A stretch of 64,000 nucleotides of DNA from a candidate division FCPU426 bacterium (GCA_963719085.1 CAVRAL010000001.1:320001-384000), one strand, 5' to 3'; positions 18,210 through 29,072 are shown, counted from the stretch's first letter. The notes: generated from the letters alone by a model not told the origin. Translations and numbers: made by a program.

Positions 18210-20768
18210 TTACCGCAGGATCAGCAGTTTGCCGACCGCGTGGCCCTGGCGGGTGGTGACGAGGATGTAATAGACCCCATTGGCCAACGGCGCGCCTTTC
18301 GCGTCGGTGACCGGCAGGGGCAGGGTCACTAAGCCCGCGGGAATGTTGGGGTAGGATGCCTGGTTTATTTTTCGAAAGGCCGTGGTGAAGGTTTTCAGTT
18401 CCACCTCGGCGGCGGCGGTCTGCATTAAAAATTGGATGCTCACCGGGCCTGAACTGGTGGGTGGGTTAGGGAAAATCACCGGCGGGCCGATGGGCGGCCC
18501 GGCGATCAAGGTAGGGGTAATCGTTGGCGACAAGGTTTGCGTGGGGGTTTGGGTCGGCGTCGCGGTTGGGGTCGGGGTCGGCAGAGGCGTGTGGGTGCGC
18601 GTGGGAGTCGGCGTTGGGGTGATGGTCATGGTCTCCGTAAAGGTTGCCGTAGGGGTAATGGAGGGCGTTAAGGTCACTGTGCTGGTTTCCGTCGGCGTCT
18701 GAGTTTGAGTCGGGGTTTGTGTCACGGTCGGGGTTGGAGTGAGAGTGGGCGTGGCCGTGAGTGTGGCCGTCAAGGTAACGGTGGGCGTCAGCGTGATCGT
18801 CGGCGTAGGGGTAATCGTGGGAGTCAGGGTCACGGTGGCGGTAGGGGTAACGGAGGCGGTCCAGGTGGGGGTTCCGGTGATGGTCGGGGTCGAGGTAATG
18901 GTCGGCGATGAAGTCCAAGTCTTCGTCAAGGTCACGGTCGCCGTGGGAGTAACCGTGGCGGTCAGGGTGGGGGTCGGTGTTTGCGAGGGGGTGGAAGTTG
19001 GGGTCGGGGTTTTGGTCACGGTCGCCGTCGGGGTCACGGTCGGCGTGCGGGTGGGTGTCGGCGTGTATTGGGTCAGGGTGATCTCATATAAGGTGGCCGA
19101 ACGGAAGGGCAGGGTGTCGGAAAAGGTATTGGCGGTAAAGGTGGGCGCTGCCGCGGGCGTGTAGAGGTTATAGGTGGTGGAATCGAACCGAAAGACCCGC
19201 ATGGAGACAATTTGCTGTCCCGCGGTGAGGTTGCTCAGCGTGACGCTGGCTTGGTTGTTGTTGGTGTAATCCTTGTTTAAAAGAATCACGTTGAGGCGCC
19301 CGGGGTGGCTGGTGTCGGTGGCCGCGTAAGCGGAAGTCAGGGACACCGAGCTGGTATTGGCCAAGACCGCCGTGGTCCCGAATTTGGCGTTGGCGCCGTC
19401 ATAGTTCAAATACATCTTGTAGGCGGCTTTCACGTAAGTGTCACTGGTGCCGTCATCCCACCGGCAAGCATAGACCCCGTATTTCCCCAAAATGCCCAGC
19501 GCGTCGGCCTCCGCCACGCCGCCGGAGACGTCCTCGCCCGAACCGTATTGATATTCGGAAAAAGAAAGCTTGGTGCCCGGATAATACTGGCTGACCGCCG
19601 CTTGAAGCCGGGGAATCAGGGTGATGGGTTTGTTGCCGATCGAGGAAGTGATCCAACTGGTCTCAGTGTAGGTCGGGTCCCAAAGCGACCTCGGAGCTTC
19701 CATGCGGGCAATAGCGACACCCTGGGTAATATTATCGTTCGTAATGCGCACTTGGCTCACGCCGTTGCTTCCGGTAGCTTCCGGATACCAATGCAGGTCC
19801 AGGTAATGCAATAGGCGCCGACCCGCCGTGGTGGAGGCTGTCTTCATGCCGGCCAAGTAGTAGTTGAGATATTGGACGCTGTTTCCGTTGGTATAGGGCG
19901 TTAGCAGGCTGTCATCGGACGCGCCTTGGTTGTTCACGTACTCGGCCCAGCCATAGCAAACCGGGCCTAAGACCTGGGCGTTGGGATCCATGGAGGTGAT
20001 GACGGTGGAAAGGCTCACGCCTTTTCCTAAAACTTCCGCGCAGGTGGGCTGGGCGGGATGGATATAAGGATGGGTGCTGTTCCAAAGCGCCGGCTCGTTA
20101 TCCAAATCATAAAACTTAGCCCCGCCGGTTCCGGCCATCCCCACGGTGTTAAAAAGATAGTTGAGGGATTCATCCATATAAACATTGTTGTCGGTGGTCA
20201 CGGGCGCGGTGGTAAAAGCGGAGCCTTTCACATTGACGACTTGTTTCCAATAGACGCCGGCGGTGTCGGCGGCGCCGGTGATGGACACGCTGCAATCGCA
20301 ATTGCCGTTGGCGGACACATAACCGGCCATGGGCAGGGTGATGAGGGAGTCCGCGTTTCGGGCGTTGTTGTTTTCGATGAATTGGGTCATCACGGTGGCG
20401 GGCAGTTGGTTGGCGTTTTGGGGCGGCGCGGGGTTCATGACGGACAGCAGGTACCAATCCTCTTCGTTGATGTAATCAGTCCCGGCGTTGGAAGAATTGT
20501 TTTCCCAGTTATAGCCCGTCATGCGGTTCCCGCCTTGGCGGTAGTAGGGAATTTGGGTGACTCCGATATCCTGGTTGGTCCCGTAGCTATGGATGTCAAT
20601 GGCGCTGTTATTTTGGGTCGGATCAATGGTGAAATTAACCGTAACGGCCCAGGCGGAACCCGCCCCAGCCAAAAACGTTATGAGTGAAACGGTTAAAAAT
20701 TTTCTGGAGAAAATAGGAAAAATGAAACGCCGCCTTGGCTTTAGTGAAAGATTTGAAAAGTTTACCAC
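18210..20768 (-). CDS. secreted GH44 endoglucanase/xyloglucanase with Pro/Thr linker and T9SS-CTD-like C-terminal domain; start uncertain
   Basis: [34 protein letters not shown]; long (TP)n linker; FPNP...LANGVYY...KLLILR tail. Confidence 0.9.
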   Translation of the reverse strand: MVNFSNLSLKPRRRFIFPIFSRKFLTVSLITFLAGAGSAWAVTVNFTIDPTQNNSAIDIHSYGTNQDIGVTQIPYYRQGGNRMTGYNWENNSSNAGTDYINEEDWYLLSVMNPAPPQNANQLPATVMTQFIENNNARNADSLITLPMAGYVSANGNCDCSVSITGAADTAGVYWKQVVNVKGSAFTTAPVTTDNNVYMDESLNYLFNTVGMAGTGGAKFYDLDNEPALWNSTHPYIHPAQPTCAEVLGKGVSLSTVITSMDPNAQVLGPVCYGWAEYVNNQGASDDSLLTPYTNGNSVQYLNYYLAGMKTASTTAGRRLLHYLDLHWYPEATGSNGVSQVRITNDNITQGVAIARMEAPRSLWDPTYTETSWITSSIGNKPITLIPRLQAAVSQYYPGTKLSFSEYQYGSGEDVSGGVAEADALGILGKYGVYACRWDDGTSDTYVKAAYKMYLNYDGANAKFGTTAVLANTSSVSLTSAYAATDTSHPGRLNVILLNKDYTNNNQASVTLSNLTAGQQIVSMRVFRFDSTTYNLYTPAAAPTFTANTFSDTLPFRSATLYEITLTQYTPTPTRTPTVTPTATVTKTPTPTSTPSQTPTPTLTATVTPTATVTLTKTWTSSPTITSTPTITGTPTWTASVTPTATVTLTPTITPTPTITLTPTVTLTATLTATPTLTPTPTVTQTPTQTQTPTETSTVTLTPSITPTATFTETMTITPTPTPTRTHTPLPTPTPTATPTQTPTQTLSPTITPTLIAGPPIGPPVIFPNPPTSSGPVSIQFLMQTAAAEVELKTFTTAFRKINQASYPNIPAGLVTLPLPVTDAKGAPLANGVYYILVTTRQGHAVGKLLILR

Positions 20769-20814
20769 GGGAAAAGGGCTTCGGGCTCCCTGAAAATGTG
20801 TCTGTTTTTACCGC

Positions 20815-22923
20815 TTACAGCGGTTGATGGGTCGGTAGCGCTTTGAAAGGCGATCGGTCCTGGGTCAGGGCCGCTTGGTAGAAATCGTAAAGTTGTTTGT
20901 ACTCATCGCCCGGCAAAATCGTCCGTTTTTTCAGGCCCATATAACGCTCATAACTTAAGGTCCCGAATTGGATCTTCGAGTCGGCGATGAACTCCGCCAC
21001 GTTGTTGGAAATGGCCCCATCCTTGGGCAGGTCGCCGACTTTGTAACCCGGCGGCAACTTCACCACGACCCGGGTGACCGAGTTAAAGCTTTGGGGAACC
21101 ACGATAGGGGTTTTCCGGGTTTCACGCAAAGTCGCGAGGAAATCTTCCACGTCCTCAAAAATGACCGGGTAAAAGTTAAAGCCGCCCTTGGGCTGGAACT
21201 CGGCGTAGCCGGGAATGGTGAAGGAATATTTCACGTGCAGGGGCTGGGTGGTATCGCGGTAATCGCCGTAGGAATAATCCGTGAGGACGGCGCCCGGAAA
21301 ACGCTTGTTCAAACCCCTCAGGACCAAGTCCTTGCGTTTGTCATCCGTGGTGGCCCTAAAAAATTGGCGCAAGGCCAGGTCCGCCGACCCGAAGGCCTGC
21401 AAGTCCACGGTGCAGTTCAAGTCGCCGTTCGGGGAAAAGGTCATCAGGATGTCCCGTTCTTTGCGGTGGTCCTTGGCGCTGAAAGAAGGCGTGGATTGCC
21501 ATTGAAGCGGCGGCAAAACCGCCAGCGCGGAAAGCCCCAGCGCCTGCAGGGGCAAGGTGCCGGGGGCGGCCAGGGGCTCGGTGGGGTCCAGCCAGATAAA
21601 GTCCTTGCCCTGGGGAACGCCGATTAAGACCCCGTCCAACTGGGAAAGGGCCGGAAGGTCGCCGATCAACTCACCGCTGCCGGCTTGGCGGTAAAGAAAA
21701 AGCTGGGGATTAAGTTTAATGGCCTGGAGCGCGGCCATTAAAAGAAGCGCCATGTCGTGGGACGAGCCCTTGCCGCTGGCGATGATTTCCGCGAAGGGGC
21801 GGTCGGGATTCAAATAAACCGGAAGTCCCGTATCAACCCAGTCGACTTTTTCGTGGACGGTGTTTTTGAGTTTGGTGATCCGGTCGATCAGCGCGTCCGC
21901 CGTATTATCGCCGGCCTCGGCGACCAGCGCGTTGATGGCGGTCGGGTCCTGGGCCAGGGCGTTCTTGACCCTTTGGCGGTAGGGCAGGACAGCTTCTTCC
22001 CAGCTTTTATAAGTGGTGAAGGCGGTCAAGGGAGCCAAGTCTTGGATGGGCGGTTGGAAACTTTCGGAGGGGACCGGCGTGATGGAGGGGTTCATCGCCA
22101 AGTGGATGACGCGGTCTTTGGACCCGGTTTCGGAGATGGCCAGGTTCGCGGGCTGGCGCAGGCGGATGGCGTAAAGGGGCATTTGGGTGGATAGGCTCAG
22201 GGTCAATTCCCGGTTGAGGGAAGCGACATAATCATTCCACCGGAAAGCGAAACTGGGCTCGGCGGCCACCGGATGCTGTTTGGTGGGAGTTTTTAAAAGA
22301 TCGCTGGTGTGGTTGGTCAGGGTATAGGTCACGTCCAGGGCTTCGCCGGCTTGAAGGTCCGGCAGGCTATAAGACGCGATTTTGGAAAGCGCGGGCGGAA
22401 GGTTGGGTTGGGGCGGCTGGGACGTGATGGAAACGCCGGCCATGGATTCTTTCGTGAACCCACCGTCCGTTTCCAATTTGTATTTTTGGATTTGATTGAC
22501 GCTCAGGTCTTGGGATTCCAGGTTCAGGGTGGCCAGCGGGGGCAGGGGACGGTCGGGTTTGACCCGGGCGGCCCACATTTGATGGACGGTGACTTTCATA
22601 CTGCGGTCCAGGTTCCATTCCACCTGGGCCTCGTCCAACAGGTTCAACTGATTGGGAGCGTCGGGCTGGGCGAATTGGCTGGCGGCTTGGGAAAGGGATT
22701 GGGAGACCACGGGATCGTCCTGGGGGGTGATCTGGACCGGATTGGTGGCGCAACCGCTCAAGAAAAAAAGGAAAAACCCAAATCCACCGCAAAGACGCCA
22801 AGACGCCAAGGCAGGCAAGTCGCCGCCGAAATCTCGATTTTGATTTTTAAAAATTAGTTTGATATTCCGGAAAGAGGGGGGTTGCGACTTCCTTGGCGGT
22901 TTGGCGTCTTTGCGGTGAAACAT
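20815..22923 (-). CDS. DUF3857/transglutaminase-like/DUF3858 lipoprotein
   Basis: LSGC lipobox, LQAGEALDVTY, GKGSSHDMALLL, WLDPT, VVVKLPPGY. Confidence 0.75.
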   Translation of the reverse strand: MFHRKDAKPPRKSQPPSFRNIKLIFKNQNRDFGGDLPALASWRLCGGFGFFLFFLSGCATNPVQITPQDDPVVSQSLSQAASQFAQPDAPNQLNLLDEAQVEWNLDRSMKVTVHQMWAARVKPDRPLPPLATLNLESQDLSVNQIQKYKLETDGGFTKESMAGVSITSQPPQPNLPPALSKIASYSLPDLQAGEALDVTYTLTNHTSDLLKTPTKQHPVAAEPSFAFRWNDYVASLNRELTLSLSTQMPLYAIRLRQPANLAISETGSKDRVIHLAMNPSITPVPSESFQPPIQDLAPLTAFTTYKSWEEAVLPYRQRVKNALAQDPTAINALVAEAGDNTADALIDRITKLKNTVHEKVDWVDTGLPVYLNPDRPFAEIIASGKGSSHDMALLLMAALQAIKLNPQLFLYRQAGSGELIGDLPALSQLDGVLIGVPQGKDFIWLDPTEPLAAPGTLPLQALGLSALAVLPPLQWQSTPSFSAKDHRKERDILMTFSPNGDLNCTVDLQAFGSADLALRQFFRATTDDKRKDLVLRGLNKRFPGAVLTDYSYGDYRDTTQPLHVKYSFTIPGYAEFQPKGGFNFYPVIFEDVEDFLATLRETRKTPIVVPQSFNSVTRVVVKLPPGYKVGDLPKDGAISNNVAEFIADSKIQFGTLSYERYMGLKKRTILPGDEYKQLYDFYQAALTQDRSPFKALPTHQPL
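22785..22917. repeat. palindrome family A, in frame in the 5' end of the lipoprotein gene
   Basis: CACCGCAAAGACGCCAAGACGCCAAGG ... CCTTGGCGGTTTGGCGTCTTTGCGGTG. Confidence 0.9.
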
Positions 22924-22925
22924 GT

Positions 22926-23588
22926 TTAATTTTTGCCGGCGTTCTTCAGGGCCCGCACGGCTTCTTTCATGTCCGGCGCTTTGAAGATGGCGGTCGCGGC
23001 CACCAGCAGGTTGGCGCCCGCTTCCACCACCGCGGGGGCGGTTTGGGGGTTCATGCCGCCGTCCACGGCGATGATGGGGGAAAGCCCCTCGGCGGAGCAC
23101 CATTTGGAAAATCCGGCGATGTTGGGAACCACATGGGGGATGAAGGATTGGCCTGAGAAGCCGGGCCAGACCGACATGAAAAGGACGTAATCCAAATCCT
23201 TGGCGAAGGGTTTGAGGACCTCGTGGGAAGTGTCGGGGTTTAAGACCATGCCGGGTTTACAGTTCAACTTTTTGATTTGGGTGATTATCGCGCCCGGGTC
23301 CAAAACCGCCTCGGCGTGGAAAAGGATATAGGTGGAACCGGCCCTGGCGAAGTCGGGGACGTATTTTTCCACGTTCTCAATCATCAAGTGGGTATCGAAG
23401 GGGACATTCACTTTGCCCTTGAGCCCGGCGATGACGGGCGCGCCAAAGCTGATATTGGGCACGAAATGCCCGTCCATCACGTCCATGTGCAGCATGTCCA
23501 CGCCGGCCGCGATGGCTTCCTCGGAATTTTTTAAAAGATGGGCGAAATCGGCCGAGAGGATGGAGGCGGAAACTTGTAGGGGCTTCAT
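22926..23588 (-). CDS. rpe: ribulose-phosphate 3-epimerase
   Basis: SILSADF, HMDVMDGHFVPN, DTHLMI, VDGG. Confidence 0.97.
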   Translation of the reverse strand: MKPLQVSASILSADFAHLLKNSEEAIAAGVDMLHMDVMDGHFVPNISFGAPVIAGLKGKVNVPFDTHLMIENVEKYVPDFARAGSTYILFHAEAVLDPGAIITQIKKLNCKPGMVLNPDTSHEVLKPFAKDLDYVLFMSVWPGFSGQSFIPHVVPNIAGFSKWCSAEGLSPIIAVDGGMNPQTAPAVVEAGANLLVAATAIFKAPDMKEAVRALKNAGKN

Positions 23589-23805
23589 GGGATTCCTTTA
23601 AAGCGGCAAAAGGTTGTTTTAAAAGCCGTTTTGGGGGCCGCCGGGGTCCTTGAAAACTTTGGACGGCCCCCCGGTTGATGCCGTTATACTATCAAAATCA
23701 GCTTCAATATCCTAGGCGCCGGGTTTTTGGGTTTGGTTGTGGTTTTTGCCCCGACCGCCGCGACTCTTATGTCACTGAACTTTTGAACTTATAAAGAAGC
23801 GCCCT

Positions 23806-26800
23806 ATGAAACCTAAAAAATCCGCCGCTTCCGTTCCCGCGCCTCCCTCCTTGGAGGCCTTTCTCCAGCCATTCCTCGAGAACAGCCCCATCATTTTTTG
23901 GTTCATGAACCCGGAAGGCATCGTCGAGTTTTCCTTTGGCCGGGGTTTGGAATCGCTGGGGGTGACGCCCCAGGAGCGGGTGGGAAAATCCGTTTTCGAT
24001 ATTTATCGGGACCATCCGAAGGTTTTGGAGTGCCTGCGCCGCGCGATCCAAGGGGAATCCTTCTCGGAGGTTGTTCCGGTCGGGGATATTTTTTTCGAGA
24101 CGAAATTCATCCCGCGGTTGGACGGCCAAGGCCGGTTGACCGGTTCCATCGGGATCGCCACCGATGTCACGAGCCGTAAAAAAAACGAGGAGTTGATGGA
24201 CCGAAGGGAACAGCATTACCGGTCCTTGATCGAGAACTCCCATGACGTCATTTATATCCTCGACGACAAGGGACACCGCACCTACGAAAGCCCCTCGGTG
24301 GAGAAGGTGCTGGGCTACAAGCCCGGCGAGCGCGCCGGCAGAAGCGTGTATGACTATATCCATTCCGAAGACCACTCGAACGTGCGCGAGATCTTCGACA
24401 AGCTGGCCCACGTGCCGGGCGTCACTTACCGGGTGGAACTGCGCGCCCGGCACAAGGCCGGCGGATGGCGGAATGTGGAGGTGGCCATCACCAATTTGTT
24501 GGAAGACCCGGCGGTGCGGGGCTGGGTCGTTAATTTTTGGGACATCACGGAGCTCAAACGCGCCGGCGAGATCGTGGAAAAGCAGGAGCAGTATTACCGC
24601 GCCTTGACCGAAAATACCCACGAACTGGTCGTGCTTTTGGACCGGGAAGCGGTCATCCGATTCGCCACGCCGTCGATCCAGAAAATTCTGGGCCACCCCC
24701 TCTCGGACCGGATCGGAAAAAACTTTTTGGAATGGGTCCATCCGGAGGATATTTACCGCACCAAGGAAGTTTTCACCCAAACCTATCTCTCGACGGGGCG
24801 GACCATGACGGTGGATTTCCGCGCCAGGCACCGGGACGGCTCCTGGCGTTTTTTGGAAGCGGCGGTCACCAACCTTTTCAACCACCCGGCGGTGGAAGGA
24901 ATGATTTTAAACGCGCGGGATGTCACCGAACGCAAAAAAACCGACGAGGCTTTGCGGGACCGGGAACGCTACTTCAGGGCCCTGACCGAAAACGCCTATG
25001 ACGTGGTTTATGTCATCGACCGGGACGGACGGCGGTTTTACGAAAGTCCTTCCACCGAGCGGGTGCTGGGATTTCGGCCCGGCGACCGGGATCCCGAAAG
25101 CACCTTTTCCTATCTTCATCCGGAGGACCAGGCGGCGGGGAAGGCGGCTTTCCAAAAATCCCTTCAAAATCCCGGGGTGCCGGTGGCGGCGGAACTGCGC
25201 ACCCGGCATAAGGACGGCCGGTGGATCCATATGGAAGTGGTGGCCACCAACCTGCTTGACGTGGCCGCGGTCCGGGGCGTGGTGGTCAATTGCCGTGAGA
25301 TCACCGAGCGCAAAAAAGCCGAGGAGGACCTGCGCCATTCGGAGGAGCGGTTCCGCAACCTGATTGAGAGCTCCCACGACGTGGTGAATCTTTTTGACGG
25401 GACCGGAAAAATTCAATATGTCAGCCCGTCGGTGAAAAGGGTTTTGGGTTATGAGACCGCCGAATTGATCGGCCAAACCAGCTGGGAATGGATCCATCCG
25501 GAGGACCTGGCCAAAGCGAGTCCGGTTTTTGAGCAGGTCATGCGGGCCCCGGGGCAGTCCCGGTCCATTGAAATCCGCTTGAGGCATAAGGATGGAACCC
25601 ACAAAAATATCGACCTCACCATGACCAACCTTTTGGACAATCCCGCGGTGCGGGGTATTGTGGCCAATTACCGCGACGTGACCGAGCGGGTCCGCACCGA
25701 GGAAAAATTCAGGAACTTGATCGAGAACTCCCGGGATGTGATCGCCGTGGTGGACATGCAAGGGCGCTCCTTTTATGTCAGCCCCTCGATCCGCAAGGTG
25801 ATGGGTTACGAGCCGGAGGATTGGATGGACCGCAATTTCCTGGAGCTCATCCATCCGGACGAGCGGGAAGCCGCCCGGCAGGGATTTGAACAGCTCATGA
25901 CCAGCCCCGGCGGCTCCATTTCGGCCCAAGTCCGGGCCCTGCATAAAAACGGCTCCTGGCGGCTGGTGGACGTGACCTGCACCAACCTTTTGCAGGACCC
26001 GACGGTGCAGGGGATTATTTTCAATTACCGGGACATCACTGAAAAGTATATGGCGGAAGAAGCGGTGAAGGTTTCCGAAGAAAGATTCCGGAACCTGATC
26101 GAGAATTCCAATGACGTGATCTCGCTCGTCAACGCCCAGGGGACGAACCTCTATATCAGCCCCTCCATCCGGAAGGTCATGGGCTATGATCCGGACGAAA
26201 GGATGGGCCGGAACTTTTTTGAGATCATCCACCCGGAGGACTTGGGATGGATTAAGAATGAATATGAGGATTTTTTGAGGCAGAAGAACAGCGTGCGCAC
26301 GATCCAGGCGCGGGCCCGGCACCGGGACGGGACCTGGCGCACCGTGGAAGTGACGGCCACCAATCTGCTCGACCACCCCTCCGTGGCCGGCGTTATTTTC
26401 AATTACCGGGACGTCACCGAGCGCCGCAAGGCCGAAGCGGCCTTGAAAAAGTCCGAGGAGAATTTTAGGTCGCTCATTGAGAAATCGCCCGACGCCATGA
26501 TCGTCCATACCGAGGAGAAGATTTATTACGTCAATGAGGCCTTATTGAAGCTTTTGGGTTATGACCTGCCCGACGATCTGGTGGGCAAGTCGCCCTTGAG
26601 CATGCTCCATCCGGACGACCATGAGAGGGTTTTGATACGGATCCGAAGGCTCAAACCCTTTGAGGGATTCAACCCGCCCCAAGAAAAAAGGTTTTTGCGC
26701 AAGGACGGGGGTTATATCGAGGTGGAAACGGTGAGCTTCTCCATTCTTTTTGAGGGGTCGCCCATGGTGGTGGCCATCGCCCGCGACTTGACCGACCGCA

Positions 26801-27513
26801 AGACCACCGAACAGGCCCTTCTGAAGTACGAGCGCTTGGGCGCCATCGGGGAAATGGCCGCCGGCATGGCCCATGAGATCCGCAATCCCTTATCCGGCGT
26901 CCAATTGTCGGCGGAATACCTGCTGAAAAAATTCGGTCAAACCCCCGAGGCGGCGGACCAGATTAAAAATATATTGGAACAGGCCGGGCGTTTGCGCCAG
27001 CTGGTGGACGATACTTTGGATTATTCCAAGGATAAGTCGGTGAAGGAATTTCAATTGATGGACGTGATGACCTTGTTCCGCACTTCCTTGCGGCTGGCCC
27101 AGGTGCAGTACGGGCCCAATCACAGCCGTTTTAAGGTCCAATGGAAATTGGATTGGAACCTTTATTTTTTGAGGGTGAACCCTTACCGTGTCCAGCAGGT
27201 GCTGGTGAACCTCATCCTCAACGCCTTCCAGGCCATGGGGTCGGAGGGCGTCTTGACCTTGGGATGCGAAAAAGTGGGGGCGATGTTCCGGCTCTCGGTG
27301 GCGGATGACGGGCCGGGAATGCAGGACAAGGAGCTGGCCCGGATGTTCGAGCCTTTTTTCACGACGAAGAGCAGCGGGTCGGGCCTGGGGTTGTCGGTCA
27401 GCCAAAAGATCGCCGAATCCCACGGGGGAAAAATAAGCGTGGAACGCCTCCAACCCCGGGGAACGGTTTTTATCCTGGAACTACCCGCCGCCGCGGGAAA
27501 TGAGAATTCATGA
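23806..27513 (+). CDS. cytoplasmic sensor histidine kinase with 8 tandem PAS/PAC domains
   Basis: eight [F/Y]R.L.EN..D-type PAS starts; AHEIRNPL H-box; N, D(DDGPG), F(PFFTTK) and G boxes. Confidence 0.95.
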   Translation: MKPKKSAASVPAPPSLEAFLQPFLENSPIIFWFMNPEGIVEFSFGRGLESLGVTPQERVGKSVFDIYRDHPKVLECLRRAIQGESFSEVVPVGDIFFETKFIPRLDGQGRLTGSIGIATDVTSRKKNEELMDRREQHYRSLIENSHDVIYILDDKGHRTYESPSVEKVLGYKPGERAGRSVYDYIHSEDHSNVREIFDKLAHVPGVTYRVELRARHKAGGWRNVEVAITNLLEDPAVRGWVVNFWDITELKRAGEIVEKQEQYYRALTENTHELVVLLDREAVIRFATPSIQKILGHPLSDRIGKNFLEWVHPEDIYRTKEVFTQTYLSTGRTMTVDFRARHRDGSWRFLEAAVTNLFNHPAVEGMILNARDVTERKKTDEALRDRERYFRALTENAYDVVYVIDRDGRRFYESPSTERVLGFRPGDRDPESTFSYLHPEDQAAGKAAFQKSLQNPGVPVAAELRTRHKDGRWIHMEVVATNLLDVAAVRGVVVNCREITERKKAEEDLRHSEERFRNLIESSHDVVNLFDGTGKIQYVSPSVKRVLGYETAELIGQTSWEWIHPEDLAKASPVFEQVMRAPGQSRSIEIRLRHKDGTHKNIDLTMTNLLDNPAVRGIVANYRDVTERVRTEEKFRNLIENSRDVIAVVDMQGRSFYVSPSIRKVMGYEPEDWMDRNFLELIHPDEREAARQGFEQLMTSPGGSISAQVRALHKNGSWRLVDVTCTNLLQDPTVQGIIFNYRDITEKYMAEEAVKVSEERFRNLIENSNDVISLVNAQGTNLYISPSIRKVMGYDPDERMGRNFFEIIHPEDLGWIKNEYEDFLRQKNSVRTIQARARHRDGTWRTVEVTATNLLDHPSVAGVIFNYRDVTERRKAEAALKKSEENFRSLIEKSPDAMIVHTEEKIYYVNEALLKLLGYDLPDDLVGKSPLSMLHPDDHERVLIRIRRLKPFEGFNPPQEKRFLRKDGGYIEVETVSFSILFEGSPMVVAIARDLTDRKTTEQALLKYERLGAIGEMAAGMAHEIRNPLSGVQLSAEYLLKKFGQTPEAADQIKNILEQAGRLRQLVDDTLDYSKDKSVKEFQLMDVMTLFRTSLRLAQVQYGPNHSRFKVQWKLDWNLYFLRVNPYRVQQVLVNLILNAFQAMGSEGVLTLGCEKVGAMFRLSVADDGPGMQDKELARMFEPFFTTKSSGSGLGLSVSQKIAESHGGKISVERLQPRGTVFILELPAAAGNENS

Positions 27514-28862
27514 AAATTCTTGTCATCGACGACGAAAAGTCCATGCATGTGGCCTTGATTCCTTTTTTAAAGGAATTAGGCCATGAGGCCGAATCGGCCT
27601 TCACGGGCACCGAGGGGCGGCAGAAGGCGGCGGCCTTCAAGCCCGATTTGATCCTTTTGGACCTGTACCTGCCGGATGTCACGGGTTTGGAACTTTTAAG
27701 CGGGTTTCAAATGGAGTCGCCCGCGACCGGGGTCATCATTATGACGGCGGCCGCCGCCGTGAAGACCGCGGTGGAAGCCATGAAAAAGGGCGCGGAGGAT
27801 TATCTTCAAAAGCCGCTGAGCCTGGACGACATGGAGCTGGTGCTGGCCCGCTTTTTCAAGACCCAAAATTTGCGCCAGGACGTGGCGGCGCTCAAAGGCA
27901 GGCTGCGGGATGAGCTGGCGAGGGAATTCCTGATTCTTCCCGATCCGGCCATGCAGCCGCTTTACGCCCAAATTGAGCGGGTGGCCGAACAGGACAAGGT
28001 CACGGCTTTGGTCCTGGGTGAGACGGGGACGGGGAAGGAGCATGTGGCCAAGCTCATCCACACCCTGTCGGCGCGGTCGGCCAAGCCTTTCGTGGAACTT
28101 CACTGCGGGGCCCTGCCCGAGACCTTGATGGAATCCGAGCTTTTCGGCTATGAGGCGGGGGCCTTCACGGACGCCCGAAAACAAAAGCAGGGGCTTTTCG
28201 AGGCGGCCCAGGGAGGGAGCCTTTTTTTGGATGAGGTGGGCGAGATGCCTTTGGCCACCCAAACCAAATTATTGAAGGTCCTGGAAGACCGGAAACTGCG
28301 GCGCTTGGGCGGCATTAAGGAAATTGTTTTGGACGTGCGGGTGATCGCGGCCACCCACCGGGACCTGGAAGTGGAAGTGAAAGAAGGCCGTTTCCGGGCC
28401 GACCTTTATTACCGGCTCAACGTGATTCCTTTGAAACTTCCGCCCTTGCGCCAAAGGCCCGAGGATATCGCGGCCTTGGCGGTGTTTTTTTGGGAAGAAG
28501 CGGCCCGGGATTTCGGGCGCAAAATGGAGCCGCTTCCGGAGCCCGTCATGGAAAAATTAATGGCTTACCCCTGGCCGGGCAACGTGCGGGAACTTAAAAA
28601 CGCGGTCAACCGCATGGTGATCGGATCCCAGGGCGGCCGGGTGGGCTGGGGCGACCTGCCGGATGAGATCGCGGCCTTTGAGCCTTCGCTCCCGGAAAAC
28701 GCGGGCGAGGAATCGTTGGTTTTGGAAAAGGGCTCCAGCGAAAAAGATATGGTGGAAAAAGCCCTTCAACAGTCCCGGTGGAATAAATCCAAGGCCGCGG
28801 AGCTTTTGGGGGTCACCCGCAAGACGCTCTTCAACAAGATGAAAAAATACGACATCCACTAA
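27510..28862 (+). CDS. NtrC-family sigma-54-dependent response regulator
   Basis: receiver domain, GETGTGKE, ESELFG.EAGAFTDA, WPGNVREL, Fis-type HTH. Confidence 0.95.
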   Translation: MKILVIDDEKSMHVALIPFLKELGHEAESAFTGTEGRQKAAAFKPDLILLDLYLPDVTGLELLSGFQMESPATGVIIMTAAAAVKTAVEAMKKGAEDYLQKPLSLDDMELVLARFFKTQNLRQDVAALKGRLRDELAREFLILPDPAMQPLYAQIERVAEQDKVTALVLGETGTGKEHVAKLIHTLSARSAKPFVELHCGALPETLMESELFGYEAGAFTDARKQKQGLFEAAQGGSLFLDEVGEMPLATQTKLLKVLEDRKLRRLGGIKEIVLDVRVIAATHRDLEVEVKEGRFRADLYYRLNVIPLKLPPLRQRPEDIAALAVFFWEEAARDFGRKMEPLPEPVMEKLMAYPWPGNVRELKNAVNRMVIGSQGGRVGWGDLPDEIAAFEPSLPENAGEESLVLEKGSSEKDMVEKALQQSRWNKSKAAELLGVTRKTLFNKMKKYDIH

Positions 28863-28889
28863 GAACTTCTAACAAAAACCTAATTCACC

Positions 28890-28964
28890 GCCCCGCCCGG
28901 CCTAGTTAGGCCGAACCAGGCGGGACATACCACCCTCAATATCATTTTATATATGGATGGTGGT
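28890..28964 (+). mobile_element. two-hairpin CGGGACA mini-element, copy 3 (subtype I)
   Basis: GCCCCGCC-GGCCTA/TAGGCC-GGCGGGACAT-ACCACC...GGTGGT. Confidence 0.8.
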
Positions 28965-28974
28965 GCCAAGACGC

Positions 28975-29048
28975 TCCCGGCGGCCGTAGTTCAGGCCAAT
29001 CGGCCGGGACATATCGCCTTCTTAATTATTTTTGTCAGGAGGGCGATG
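28975..29048 (+). mobile_element. two-hairpin CGGGACA mini-element, copy 4 (subtype I)
   Basis: TCCCGGC-GGCC...GGCC-GCCGGGACAT-ATCGCC...GGCGAT; boundaries +/-2 nt. Confidence 0.8.
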
Positions 29049-29072
29049 CAAGCTCGCCAAGAAAAAAGGCCG

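Larger units (their letters stand above)
28884..29061. repeat. family A left arm carrying two tandem inserts
   Basis: TTCACC[insert]GCCAAGACGC[insert]CAAGCTCGCCAAG; reconstitutes the arm seen at 8045. Confidence 0.85.

Noticed and set aside
18500..19070. Highly repetitive GGGGTC/GTCACG tract that could be taken for an array
   Set aside because: It is the coding Pro/Thr linker of the GH44 gene; no constant repeat-spacer structure.
24907..26508. 533-aa antisense ORF
   Set aside because: Shadow frame of the PAS kinase caused by codon bias.
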